In this document: in pieces, positions 18,741 to 27,608 of the stretch
How the letters are laid out: every line of letters begins with the position of its first letter
Position numbering within the stretch: the stretch's first letter is position 1
Assembly (NCBI GenBank): GCA_001784725.1
Contig: MFRX01000009.1
Coordinates: 72,425-107,360 of the forward strand
Length of the DNA: 34,936 bases
Origin: Candidatus Moranbacteria bacterium RIFCSPHIGHO2_02_FULL_40_12b
GTDB taxonomy: Bacteria > Patescibacteriota > Minisyncoccia > Moranbacterales > 2-12-FULL-40-10
Reading direction: 5' to 3'
The notes under the pieces: generated by a model
What the model was told of the DNA's origin: nothing
Database searches by the model: none
The model's input: only the letters and a program-made list of their open reading frames with translations
Made by a program: the position numbers and the translations under genes

Positions 18741-19824
18741 AGTTTCCAATACAAGTTATCCCGGCTTCCGGATGTTCGGATGACTTTATATTTTTTAAAT
18801 TTGCATCTCGGAACCATTTTTCAATTTCTTCAAATTTATAATAATTGCTTTTTGGCGTGGCGATTATGTCAAAAGTGTCATTAAGCTTCATATTAAAAGG
18901 AAAATTGGCGTAATAAGAGAAGGGAACAGCGCGGGCAATTTTTTTAAATCCCAAAAAATTAAAAAAGTGAGTTATCCAATTTAAACCCTCCGCGATTATT
19001 GCCGGTAAATAAGAGAATTTGTACAAAACCGGCTTAGGAAGTCCTTTCAATAAGTCCCTGGCGGGTTCATAAAAATAAATCGCACGCTTATTATTTCTGC
19101 GATTATAAACCCAAATCGCCATAATTCCGCCACTTTTTAAAGTTTTAGGCAGTTTAGAAAAACCCTCTTGCGGTTTAGGCAGATGATGAAGAACTCCAAT
19201 TGAATAAGCTAAATCAAAAACTCCTGAAAAAGGCATATTATAAATATCCGCTTGAATTATACAAGCATTCCCCAAACCCTTTGTTAATTTATAAGCAAAT
19301 TCAACGCTTTCTCCTAAATCAGAACCAAATGCTAGTTTCGCGCCACAGCTAATTGCATGTTTGGTAAATCTGCCAGAACCACATCCTATATCAAGAGTCA
19401 TTTTCCCTTTAATATCCTCCTCTTTGATATTGGGACCAATAAAGTGCAGAAAGTTTTGTTTCTCGAAATTACTTTCTTTGTAAATATTATTCCACTCATA
19501 AGCGAAACTCTCCGCTGTTTTCTCCTGATGGTCCAAAAATTTATCCAAATCATTTATTTTATCAATTTCCTTCTTCCAGTCAATTTTTATTTTTTCCGGT
19601 AATTTTTCTTCAAATTTTTTGAAAAATTCATAATGCGATTGAAGAAGATTTGTCTTGAGTTTATTAACTAGAATACGCGGGATTCCATTGATAATTGGAT
19701 ACCAATTCTCATTGTTATATAAAATTCCGGAAGTTACATGGCCATTTTCCTCCGTAAAAATACTTAACTCAAATTTTTTTAAGTTAAGCGGGTCTATTAA
19801 ATATTCTACAAATTTTTTTCTCAT
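18730..19824 (-). CDS. SAM-dependent methyltransferase with N-terminal Trm112-like module
   Basis: Start ATG 19824 (MRKKFVEYLIDP...YPIINGIPRIL), then LDIGCGSGRF and YSIGVLHH. Confidence 0.85.
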   Translation of the reverse strand: MRKKFVEYLIDPLNLKKFELSIFTEENGHVTSGILYNNENWYPIINGIPRILVNKLKTNLLQSHYEFFKKFEEKLPEKIKIDWKKEIDKINDLDKFLDHQEKTAESFAYEWNNIYKESNFEKQNFLHFIGPNIKEEDIKGKMTLDIGCGSGRFTKHAISCGAKLAFGSDLGESVEFAYKLTKGLGNACIIQADIYNMPFSGVFDLAYSIGVLHHLPKPQEGFSKLPKTLKSGGIMAIWVYNRRNNKRAIYFYEPARDLLKGLPKPVLYKFSYLPAIIAEGLNWITHFFNFLGFKKIARAVPFSYYANFPFNMKLNDTFDIIATPKSNYYKFEEIEKWFRDANLKNIKSSEHPEAGITCIGNYEQ

Positions 19825-19828
19825 TTTT

Positions 19829-21718
19829 TTATTCAAAATATTCCCGAAACCACAGCTCCAGCGTGAGTAATGCCCAGATGTGCGGAGAATAATTGACATC
19901 AGTAGAAGAATGGGCGGAAAGTAGTTTTTCAACTTCTTCTTTCTTAAATAGTCCGCGCGCCAAAGATTTTTCTGAAAGCAGAATATTTTGGGCGTAATCT
20001 TTGAGCTCTCCGCGGAACCAGACATCAATCGGCACGCCAAAACCCATTTTAGGCCGATACATAACTCCATCCGGAATGAAACTGCTCAAGGCTTCTTTTA
20101 AAATGTATTTTTTATCATTCCATCTTTTAATTTTTAAATTAAAAGGAATCTTGGCGGTAAGCTCAAGAAACTCATGATCCAGAAAAGGTGAACGGCCTTC
20201 CAGAGCCACGGCCATAGAATCTATGTCCACTTTCACCATCAAATCGTCCGGAAGATAAGTGGAAAAATCGGCGTAAAGCGTCTGATCCATCTTATCATCA
20301 GTTCCAGATTCGTTAAATCTTTTTGCTATTAGATCATAAGTATCTTCTTTCCAAACTTTATTTTTAAATTCTTCCGTATATAATTCAGATTTTTGTTCGT
20401 TGGTGAAATACGCGGTATAGGTCATATATCTTCTCCGATAATTTTCCGCCAAAGTTTTAGAAAAACGGTAGACCCTTTCAAAAAAAGTATTTTTAATGGT
20501 TTTGGCAAAAAATTTACTGATTGGTAGCGCTAATAATTTATTAAGCAATGAAAATTTTTCATAAAACAGTGAGAATTGAAAAGCGCTGTAACGGCTATAT
20601 CCGGCGAAATTTTCATCTCCGCCGTCGCCATTAAGCGCCACTGTCACATGATTTCTAGTTAGCTTACTAACGTAATAGGTTGGCAAGGCACTGGAATCGG
20701 CATATGGCTCTTCATATTGTCTAACCAGCATAGGAAGCAATCCAATCGCGTCCGGCTTAACAATGAATTCTGTGTGATCAGTTTTGAATTTTTCCGCCAC
20801 GATTTTAGCGTATTTCAACTCGTTGTATTTTTCTTCTTCAAATCCGATTGAAAAGGTCTTTATCGGTTTGTCACTCAATTTACTCATAAGCCCCACAATC
20901 GCGCTTGAGTCAATGCCACCGGAAAGAAAAGCTCCCAATGGAACATCGGAAATCATGCGAAGCTTTACGCATTCTTCCAGTTTTTCCATAATTCTTTTTT
21001 TCCATTCATCTTCTGATAAATCCAGTTTTTTAGAATAATCCAGTTTCCAGTATCTTTCTTTTTCAATTTTTTTGGTTTTTAAATCAATAAAAAGATAGTG
21101 GGCTGGCTCAAGTTTTTTAATATCCTTAAATCCGGTTAGGGGAGCGGGGCAGTATTGCAAGGTTAAATAATGATTAATGGCGATATAATCCGGCTCTCTC
21201 TTGTACTCTTTTTGGGTTAAAATAGCTTTCAATTCGGAAGCGAATATAAAAACATTTTCATCCAGATAATATTTAAAAGGTTTTTTTCCGACTCTGTCGT
21301 GGGCGCAGAAAATTGTCTTTTCCTGTTCATCATAAATGGCAAAGGAAAACATTCCGCGTAAATGTTCCAAGCATTTTTTTCCAAATTTATCATAAAGCGC
21401 CAAAATCACTTCCGTATCAGATTTTGATTTGAAGGTGTATCCTTCTTTTTCAAGCGTCCCCCGTTTTTCTTGGAAATTGTATATTTCCCCGTTGAAAACA
21501 ATCCAGTAGCGATCTAAATAATTCATCGGCTGATGAGCGAGAGGGGAGAGATCAATAATGGAAAGCCGGCGATGTCCTAGGCCGACTTTTTGGTCGGGAG
21601 AAATATAAATGCCGCCATCATCCGGCCCGCGGTGTCGGATTTTTTCGTTCATTGCCAAAATATCCGGTTCCGAAACAGCATTGTTATCAAAATAAATTTT
21701 TCCGGTTATTCCACACAC
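19829..21718 (-). CDS. asnB: Asparagine synthase (glutamine-hydrolysing) family amidotransferase
   Basis: GTG start giving MCGI (Ntn Cys); HRGPD, HRRLSIID, FNGEIYN, LSGGIDSS, GDGGDE and RSPFLD motifs. Confidence 0.92.
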   Translation of the reverse strand: MCGITGKIYFDNNAVSEPDILAMNEKIRHRGPDDGGIYISPDQKVGLGHRRLSIIDLSPLAHQPMNYLDRYWIVFNGEIYNFQEKRGTLEKEGYTFKSKSDTEVILALYDKFGKKCLEHLRGMFSFAIYDEQEKTIFCAHDRVGKKPFKYYLDENVFIFASELKAILTQKEYKREPDYIAINHYLTLQYCPAPLTGFKDIKKLEPAHYLFIDLKTKKIEKERYWKLDYSKKLDLSEDEWKKRIMEKLEECVKLRMISDVPLGAFLSGGIDSSAIVGLMSKLSDKPIKTFSIGFEEEKYNELKYAKIVAEKFKTDHTEFIVKPDAIGLLPMLVRQYEEPYADSSALPTYYVSKLTRNHVTVALNGDGGDENFAGYSRYSAFQFSLFYEKFSLLNKLLALPISKFFAKTIKNTFFERVYRFSKTLAENYRRRYMTYTAYFTNEQKSELYTEEFKNKVWKEDTYDLIAKRFNESGTDDKMDQTLYADFSTYLPDDLMVKVDIDSMAVALEGRSPFLDHEFLELTAKIPFNLKIKRWNDKKYILKEALSSFIPDGVMYRPKMGFGVPIDVWFRGELKDYAQNILLSEKSLARGLFKKEEVEKLLSAHSSTDVNYSPHIWALLTLELWFREYFE

Positions 21719-21722
21719 AAAA

Positions 21723-21750
21723 TAGTATTTAGTATTTAGTATTTAGTATT
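21723..21750. repeat. Perfect 7-nt tandem repeat (TAGTATT)x4
   Basis: Read directly; overlaps the GT4 stop codon and ends just upstream of the asnB start. Confidence 0.9.
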
Positions 21751-22889
21751 TCTAAAAATATTTTTAGATATTTTTCTATAGAATTATTCCAATTGAATTT
21801 GTCTTTTACTTTTTTATAAGCATTATTGCCGAAATTTTCTCTTACGCCTGTATTATTTACTAAAATTTCCAGTTTTTCTTTTAATGTTTCTATATTTTTT
21901 GGCTCAATAAGGAATCCGTCATTCTCCCCCAAAATAATTTCCGGAGTCCCGCCGACATTGGTGGCAATAATAGCTTTCTTGCACAAAGCGGCCTCAATTA
22001 CAGAAGTGGGAAGACCTTCGGTATAACTGGGGTTAACTATAACATCTGAAATTTTAAGTATTCCAACGGCATCATTAAATTTTTTATAACCTAAAAATTT
22101 AATTTTATTATTAATATTTAATTTTTCTGATAGCGATTTTAGAAAATTTACTTGAGGACCATTGCCAATTATTAGGCAAATTATATTTTTATTCTCTAAT
22201 ATTTTAATTGCTTCAAATAAATCAGAAATTCCTTTTCCGTCAATTAGGCGACCAATAAATGCGACTATTGTTTTTCCGATGTATTTATTTTTAGTTTCCA
22301 TGTCAGGCGGAATGCTTTCTATTTTTTCAATTTCTATCCCGCGGTAAATCACCTCGCATTTTTTATTTTTCGCGAGTTTCTGGCAAAATTCCGCCGAGGA
22401 TTTAGAATTAGCAATGTTTTTATCCGAAAGTTTTAAAATTAATTTTCCAAAGGTATAATCGTAAATACGCGCGATGGCAGTTGAAAATTTTCCTCCTGAC
22501 TTAACAAAATCAGATCCATGTTCAATATGGATCCATTTTACTCTTTTTATTTTAGCATAAATAAGCGCTAAAAGCGAGGTGTTGAAAAACCGCGTGCGAG
22601 AAATCGCAATGTCATATTTTTCCTTAAATAATCCAAGAAAAAGTTTCCAAAATTTAAAACTCCAAAATTTCGGCAGGGGATAGTTGGAAATAATTTCAAA
22701 AGCCGGAAACCTTATTATCTTGACGTTTTCGTACCTTGTTTCACTTTCCGGAGCGTCTTTTGGCAAGCGGGGCGTAAAAACAGTAATATCCACCCCCCTT
22801 TGAGATAGATATTTATTAAACTCGTCAGCGTGTGATTCCAGTCCGCCGATGTGCGGAGGATAGTATGGAGAAAAAACTAAAATTCTCAT
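21729..22889 (-). CDS. Glycosyltransferase family 4
   Basis: YYPPHIGGLE, FIGRL..GKG and PSYTEGLPTSVIEA motifs; ATG 22889. Confidence 0.9.
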   Translation of the reverse strand: MRILVFSPYYPPHIGGLESHADEFNKYLSQRGVDITVFTPRLPKDAPESETRYENVKIIRFPAFEIISNYPLPKFWSFKFWKLFLGLFKEKYDIAISRTRFFNTSLLALIYAKIKRVKWIHIEHGSDFVKSGGKFSTAIARIYDYTFGKLILKLSDKNIANSKSSAEFCQKLAKNKKCEVIYRGIEIEKIESIPPDMETKNKYIGKTIVAFIGRLIDGKGISDLFEAIKILENKNIICLIIGNGPQVNFLKSLSEKLNINNKIKFLGYKKFNDAVGILKISDVIVNPSYTEGLPTSVIEAALCKKAIIATNVGGTPEIILGENDGFLIEPKNIETLKEKLEILVNNTGVRENFGNNAYKKVKDKFNWNNSIEKYLKIFLEILNTKY

Positions 22890-25006
22890 AATATTTTCCA
22901 AATAATTATATCACCGACATTATCTACATAAACCCTTTGAAATTTTTCTAGTTGCTGATCAAAAATGAAATTATTTTGCGTCGATTTTTGGTAATACGGA
23001 CGCGATAAATAAGGGTTATTTTCATTTTCATCAGTGTAATAAATATACAGTGAATATGCATTGGGCTTATTATAATTAGCTAGCTCCATTGATATTTTTT
23101 CAGTTTCCGCTGTGATTGAATTTACAATTGGAATTATTTCCGGCACCAGGAGTATCTCTTTTTGCTTAAGCTGATTGAAATTTTGCTCAAGAGTACTTAA
23201 ATAGGCATCATATTCAAGTTGAATATTTAGTGGGCGATTTTCGAAGGCGGCTAATTCTGCTCCGAAAGCTTCTTGGTTACTGTAAAACTGGGAAGTAACC
23301 GAAACTGTCTTTGACTGAGAATGAACTTTTAAAAAATTGGTTTTTTTGTTTGAAAAAATAACGCGATTTTGAGGAAGATTAGTTTTTATCCATTCCGCTG
23401 ATCCCGTATGTTCCTTAGTGGTGACAAATTTTTTCAAATCATTGATATAAAGAGCACCAGTGAGATTCATTAGGAGGGAAAAAATGATTAAATAATAAAT
23501 AATTTTTAGCTTATCATCGAAATATTTGAAGATTAAAATTATAAATATAAAGGCAAATATTCCTCCAAATGACCATGCTCTTTCTGGAAGCATAGCCAAA
23601 CTAAAAAGTCGCGGAAATATTTCGGCAATGGAAAAAAATATTAAAAAAAGAAGGATAATTGTCACGATTGATCTACTTTTCATTGTTTCGTTTTTAATAT
23701 AATCTCTAAAATTCTTTCGGAAATATATAAAATAAGCTAGACAGGTTAAGATTAGAATAACTACTGGTCCAACATAATATCCATAATATTTAATTATGCC
23801 ATCCAACCCTAGCCAACCCATCTGATTTCCATCAACATTTGCATATTGAGCTGGAAAGTAAAAATTTAAATTAATAGAAGCAGAAGCAATTAATATTTTT
23901 TGTATCCATACTGTAGGAAAAGAGAATATATTTTGAATCGAGGAATAAAAATTGGTCAAAATTAAAGCGAAAAAAAGAATTGATGATAATCGGTTAGATA
24001 TAATAATATTCCTTAATTTTTTCCAATCAAAAATAAGAAATACTAAAAACCATACAATGAAAATAATGGCCGATGCCTCATGGTAGAAAATGGAAAAAAA
24101 GGCGACGACCCCCCCTAGATAGAAAAAAAACTCTTCTTTTTTTATCCAGGCATAGGTCAAAAAAATAAAAAAATAAGCCAAGGAAATTGTTAGGATGGCC
24201 TGTGGAATAGGAAATTGTAAATAAAGAATTGAAGAGGCACTGGTGAATGGAATTAAAAGGATTAATGTTTTCTGAATATTTGATTTAAACTGGCTGGCTA
24301 ATAAGGTAGCGGGAATAAGAATTAATCCGGATAAAATTGGCAAGACATATTTAAAATAAGCATATGTATCAATATGGGATGACTTTACGAAAATATAAGC
24401 CAGTGCGGAAAAGAGAGGTCGGTATCCATTTATTTCCGGCAGGTGATTAATCGCGAAATTTTTTGAAATTTCCTCTAGCCAATAATAGGGGTCGAGTTCC
24501 GGCAAAACATAATATGCTCCAAAAATAATGAAAACAAAAGAAAAATATAAAACATAAGACAAAAAATAGGGGGTTTTTATGAAATTCCCGATAATTGCAA
24601 GTATATCTAGCTTCTTACTTTCAATCTTTGGTGGATGAATAATAATCTCAGGTTTGGATGAAAAATAAAAGAAAACTAATGGAAAAAGAGTGGCGGTAGT
24701 ATTTAAGAAGGGAAGCCACTCTATGGTTTCGCCCAAGATATGGTATTCAATCAAAAGTGTAAAGGGCATGATAATTAAAGCAAAGATGGAAGCGATACTT
24801 AGCGATTCAAGTTTTGTGAATTGTTGCCTTGTTTTAATTTGCAATAGTGCTGTCAAATTAAGTCCGCTTAAAACCAAGAAAACAATTAGTTCAATTATTG
24901 ATCGTACGTATCTAATGATTGAATAGTCTAAATATTTTTCCGGAAAAATATAGAAAAGGAAATAGATAATAACGAAGTAAAGATTTACTTTTAGGAGGTT
25001 TTTCAT
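22886..25006 (-). CDS. Large polytopic membrane protein, GT-C-like
   Basis: Numerous TM segments; ELDPYYW, YRPLF, YH and PER motifs; C-terminal soluble domain beginning AEWIKTNLP. Confidence 0.65.
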   Translation of the reverse strand: MKNLLKVNLYFVIIYFLFYIFPEKYLDYSIIRYVRSIIELIVFLVLSGLNLTALLQIKTRQQFTKLESLSIASIFALIIMPFTLLIEYHILGETIEWLPFLNTTATLFPLVFFYFSSKPEIIIHPPKIESKKLDILAIIGNFIKTPYFLSYVLYFSFVFIIFGAYYVLPELDPYYWLEEISKNFAINHLPEINGYRPLFSALAYIFVKSSHIDTYAYFKYVLPILSGLILIPATLLASQFKSNIQKTLILLIPFTSASSILYLQFPIPQAILTISLAYFFIFLTYAWIKKEEFFFYLGGVVAFFSIFYHEASAIIFIVWFLVFLIFDWKKLRNIIISNRLSSILFFALILTNFYSSIQNIFSFPTVWIQKILIASASINLNFYFPAQYANVDGNQMGWLGLDGIIKYYGYYVGPVVILILTCLAYFIYFRKNFRDYIKNETMKSRSIVTIILLFLIFFSIAEIFPRLFSLAMLPERAWSFGGIFAFIFIILIFKYFDDKLKIIYYLIIFSLLMNLTGALYINDLKKFVTTKEHTGSAEWIKTNLPQNRVIFSNKKTNFLKVHSQSKTVSVTSQFYSNQEAFGAELAAFENRPLNIQLEYDAYLSTLEQNFNQLKQKEILLVPEIIPIVNSITAETEKISMELANYNKPNAYSLYIYYTDENENNPYLSRPYYQKSTQNNFIFDQQLEKFQRVYVDNVGDIIIWKIL

Positions 25007-25085
25007 GATGTGATCTACTTATCTTGATTAAATTACGATGTCTATTGTTTATTGAAAGAAGTTTTATATTAAATGATTAATAATA

Positions 25086-25436
25086 TTATTTTTCTAAATT
25101 TTTCAACGATTCTTTTCTTGTTACTTCAGAAATATCCTGCTCTAACCTTTCAATTGCTGAAAGTAATTTGAATATCATTAAAAATATCAGCAGGAATGCT
25201 GTTAAGATTACCGCGTTTATATTTCCTTCTAATCCAACCAGTCCTGCTAATATATTTGTGGCTTGCGGAAAGATTGCAATGATCGACATCCCGCCCCATA
25301 CTGCGATTCTAATTATAAGTTTATAAAAAGTTTGCCCGCCTTTTCCTCGAATAAAATTTTTTATTCCCTGAAAAATCATTATCGAGGAAACAATTAGCAC
25401 GATAATCTGGTACAAATGAAATTTTAATTCCATCAT
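25086..25436 (-). CDS. DUF2304-like small membrane protein
   Basis: Three TMs, IAIFP...LAGLVG and C-terminal IERLEQDISEVTR; directly downstream of a DPM1-like GT2, the usual context for this family. Confidence 0.8.
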   Translation of the reverse strand: MMELKFHLYQIIVLIVSSIMIFQGIKNFIRGKGGQTFYKLIIRIAVWGGMSIIAIFPQATNILAGLVGLEGNINAVILTAFLLIFLMIFKLLSAIERLEQDISEVTRKESLKNLEK

Positions 25437-25446
25437 AGTATTATGA

Positions 25447-26142
25447 TTAATGTATTAATTTCCAAATCATTTTATACAGTGTTTTAAATCCGTTTATGAA
25501 ACCTTGTTTATGAATTTTGCCCATAGAGTATTCGGTATACCTAACTTTGATTGGCACTTCTTGATACTTTAACTTATAAAGATAAATTTCTCGCAGAACC
25601 TCGCTGTCGTATTCATAGCGGTCGCCTTTGGTATTAATTACATCGGCGGCTTTTATTGAATAAGCCCGAAAACCTGATTGACTGTCGGTAACATATAATC
25701 CAAACAAATACCAAGTAATTATGTTTCCAATTTTATTATGCAGTATTTTATGCCAAGGCATACCTTCTGGTTTATGTAGCCGGGAACCCAAAACCACATC
25801 TACTTGCCCGTTTAAAATCGGCCTTATTAGATTTGAAATATCAACCGGGTCATGCTGTCCGTCGCCGTCCATTGTAACAATAATTTCCGCTCCCAGCAAC
25901 TTGGCAGCTTCAATTCCGGTTTTCGTCGCCGCGCCCTTTCCACGGTTGATTTTATGCTTTAAGGCCGTGACGCCGCTTACATTTTTTATTTTTTCAAAAG
26001 CGTTGTCGGAACTCCCATCATCAACCGCGATTATATTGGAAAATCCAGCGCTTTTTATTTCATTAATCACATCATTAATTACTTTTTCTTCATTGTAAAA
26101 AGGCATCACTACAAATATTTTTTCAAAATTATCTTTTTCCAT
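25447..26142 (-). CDS. Glycosyltransferase family 2, DPM1-like (polyprenol-phosphate glycosyltransferase)
   Basis: PFYNEE, VDDGSSD, NRGKGAA, DGDGQHDP, GSR and DSQSGFRAY motifs. Confidence 0.9.
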   Translation of the reverse strand: MEKDNFEKIFVVMPFYNEEKVINDVINEIKSAGFSNIIAVDDGSSDNAFEKIKNVSGVTALKHKINRGKGAATKTGIEAAKLLGAEIIVTMDGDGQHDPVDISNLIRPILNGQVDVVLGSRLHKPEGMPWHKILHNKIGNIITWYLFGLYVTDSQSGFRAYSIKAADVINTKGDRYEYDSEVLREIYLYKLKYQEVPIKVRYTEYSMGKIHKQGFINGFKTLYKMIWKLIH

Positions 26143-26169
26143 ATACTAACTTTTTTTGCTTGTTTCTGT

Positions 26170-26198
26170 AGTATATAGAAATAATTTAGAAAAATCAA
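26170..26198 (-). promoter_or_regulatory. Candidate sigma70 promoter TTGATT-17-TATACT for the leftward operon
   Basis: Hexamers read on the minus strand with a 17-nt spacer, 27 nt upstream of ATG 26142. Confidence 0.55.
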
Positions 26199-26200
26199 CT

Positions 26201-26228
26201 TTGAAAATACGGGAAAATAATATATAAT
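26201..26228 (+). promoter_or_regulatory. Candidate sigma70 promoter TTGAAA-16-TATAAT for the rightward genes
   Basis: Back-to-back with the leftward promoter; upstream of ATG 26265. Confidence 0.5.
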
Positions 26229-26264
26229 TATTAACAAATAAAGATAATTAACACAATTATATTT

Positions 26265-26429
26265 ATGAAATTTAGAGAAATTCCAGTGGTTATCCCTTGT
26301 TTCAACGAAGGGAAGACCGTCTATCAGAACATCCTGAAAATTTACCAAAAATTATTTCTGATCCAGATTGGGAAATTCGTTCGGCAGTGTTTTTTAAAGA
26401 GCAGAATGTCGGAAAGTCCGACAAGTTAA
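26265..26429 (+). pseudogene. N-terminal remnant of a GT2 glycosyltransferase (54 codons)
   Basis: Hand translation MKFREIPVVIPCFNEGKTVYQNILKIY... carries the GT2 VVIPxxNE motif, then loses similarity and stops at TAA 26427-26429. Not in the ORF track. Confidence 0.75.
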
Positions 26430-26599
26430 AAAGTTTATCAAGTGATAAAGTTGAAAGTGAAAAATTGCCTGTGATTGAATTTAAAAAAATAAATCCCACA
26501 AAGTATCGGGTACGAGTACATAATGTGAGCGGAAAATTCCCGTTGGTTTTTTCGGAGTCGTTTCATGACGGTTGGAAAGCATACTTGGCAAAGCCAAGT

Positions 26600-26655
26600 A
26601 ATTTTCAATTTTCAATTTCTAATTTCCAAACAAATTCCAATGATTTAATTTCCAA
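26600..26655. repeat. Degenerate 7-nt repeat (AATTTTC/AATTTCC) inside an open frame
   Basis: aattttc aattttc aatttct aatttcc ... aatttcc, encoding NFQFSISNFQTNSNDLIS. Confidence 0.7.
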
Positions 26656-27052
26656 GTATAAGATTTTAGATGGCAATGAAGAAGACCAGGCATCAAAGGA
26701 TGAGTTAGGGGATTTTATTCAGAAGGGGTGGGTAGCTGATTTGGGCAATGGTAAAGAAAAAACTGTTGAGCATAAAAAATGGGAAGACAACAAGGAAAAG
26801 TTGGATTACGTGGAAAAATATAATATTGGTTTTATTTCCAAAAATTTTCAGGGGACGGTACAGAGTGATAATTTATCAAGCGGAAATATTTTTGAAACTT
26901 GGTTGCCTGCGAGCAAGATGAATGACCCCAAGAATAAATCAGGGATTTTTTCAGGGGCAGGTAAAGTAGTGGAGTTGACGGAGGAGGATCATCTGATGGC
27001 GAACGGGTACGCGAATAGTTGGGTAATTAATACGGAGGAAATTTGCAAGGGT

Positions 27053-27080
27053 AGATCCCTCGACTTCGCTCGGGATGACA
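27053..27080. repeat. Short REP-like hairpin inside an open frame
   Basis: agatccctcgacttcgctcgggatgaca: bulged stem ATCCC..GA / TCGGGAT; encodes RSLDFARDD. Confidence 0.55.
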
Positions 27081-27268
27081 CATATTGCGTCAAAAATGAG
27101 GATGGATCGTATGATATGGAATTAGTGGTGGAATTTTGGCCCCAGCGATTATTTTACTTAGGATTAGGAATTTCTGGCGTGACTTTATTAGGTTGTCTAG
27201 TATATTTGGCATATGACTGGAAAAAAATAAAAAAAAATGTTATTTTGAATAATGAATGATTTAAGAAT

Positions 27269-27532
27269 ATGAATTTCAATGAATTTATAAAATTTGCTAA
27301 GAAAAATGTCCGCTATATCATCGCTGCGGCGGTTTTTTTGCTGGCGATTTTTTACAGCCAGCTTATTCCGGAGGTTCCCAAAATCAAGAAGAATAAATTT
27401 GTTTCCTACCAGTCCGGATGGAAAAACGAAAAAGCGGAGGAATTTGCCATCTACGCGTATTATTTTCTGGCTATGGCGGTTTTTATGGGGATATATGAAA
27501 TCAGAAAAGATAGTGATAGTTCAAAGTTATAA
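27269..27532 (+). CDS. Small two-TM membrane protein
   Basis: 87 aa with two hydrophobic helices; AEEFAIYAYYFL. Confidence 0.7.
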   Translation: MNFNEFIKFAKKNVRYIIAAAVFLLAIFYSQLIPEVPKIKKNKFVSYQSGWKNEKAEEFAIYAYYFLAMAVFMGIYEIRKDSDSSKL

Positions 27533-27593
27533 AGTTGTAAAGTAGAAAATAAGATAATAAAAAATAACAAAAGCAGTTTTTTAACAAAAAATT

Positions 27594-27602
27594 TAAGGAG
27601 GT
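27594..27602 (+). promoter_or_regulatory. Strong Shine-Dalgarno TAAGGAGGT
   Basis: Perfect anti-SD complement 6 nt before the ugd ATG. Confidence 0.8.
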
Positions 27603-27608
27603 AAGAAA

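Larger units (their letters stand above)
26297..27259 (+). pseudogene. C-terminal fragment of a large membrane-anchored protein (YfhO-like C-terminus)
   Basis: KINPTKYRVRV, LVFSESFHDGW, ANGYANSW and FWPQRLFYLG plus terminal TM. No signal peptide; weak TTG start lying inside the GT2 remnant. Confidence 0.6.

Noticed and set aside
19825-20070. 82-aa N-terminal extension of the methyltransferase in the ORF track
   Set aside because: It overlaps the asnB 3' end in another frame; ATG 19824 gives a clean domain start.
26906-26961. Possible third in-frame insertion bounded by CCTGC/GCAGG
   Set aside because: Only a 5-bp inverted match with weak internal pairing; cannot be supported without an alignment.
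26265-27259. Programmed frameshift joining the GT2 start to ORF 26297
   Set aside because: The product would join ~27 GT2 residues to an extracellular domain with no export signal; a deletion or misassembly is simpler.
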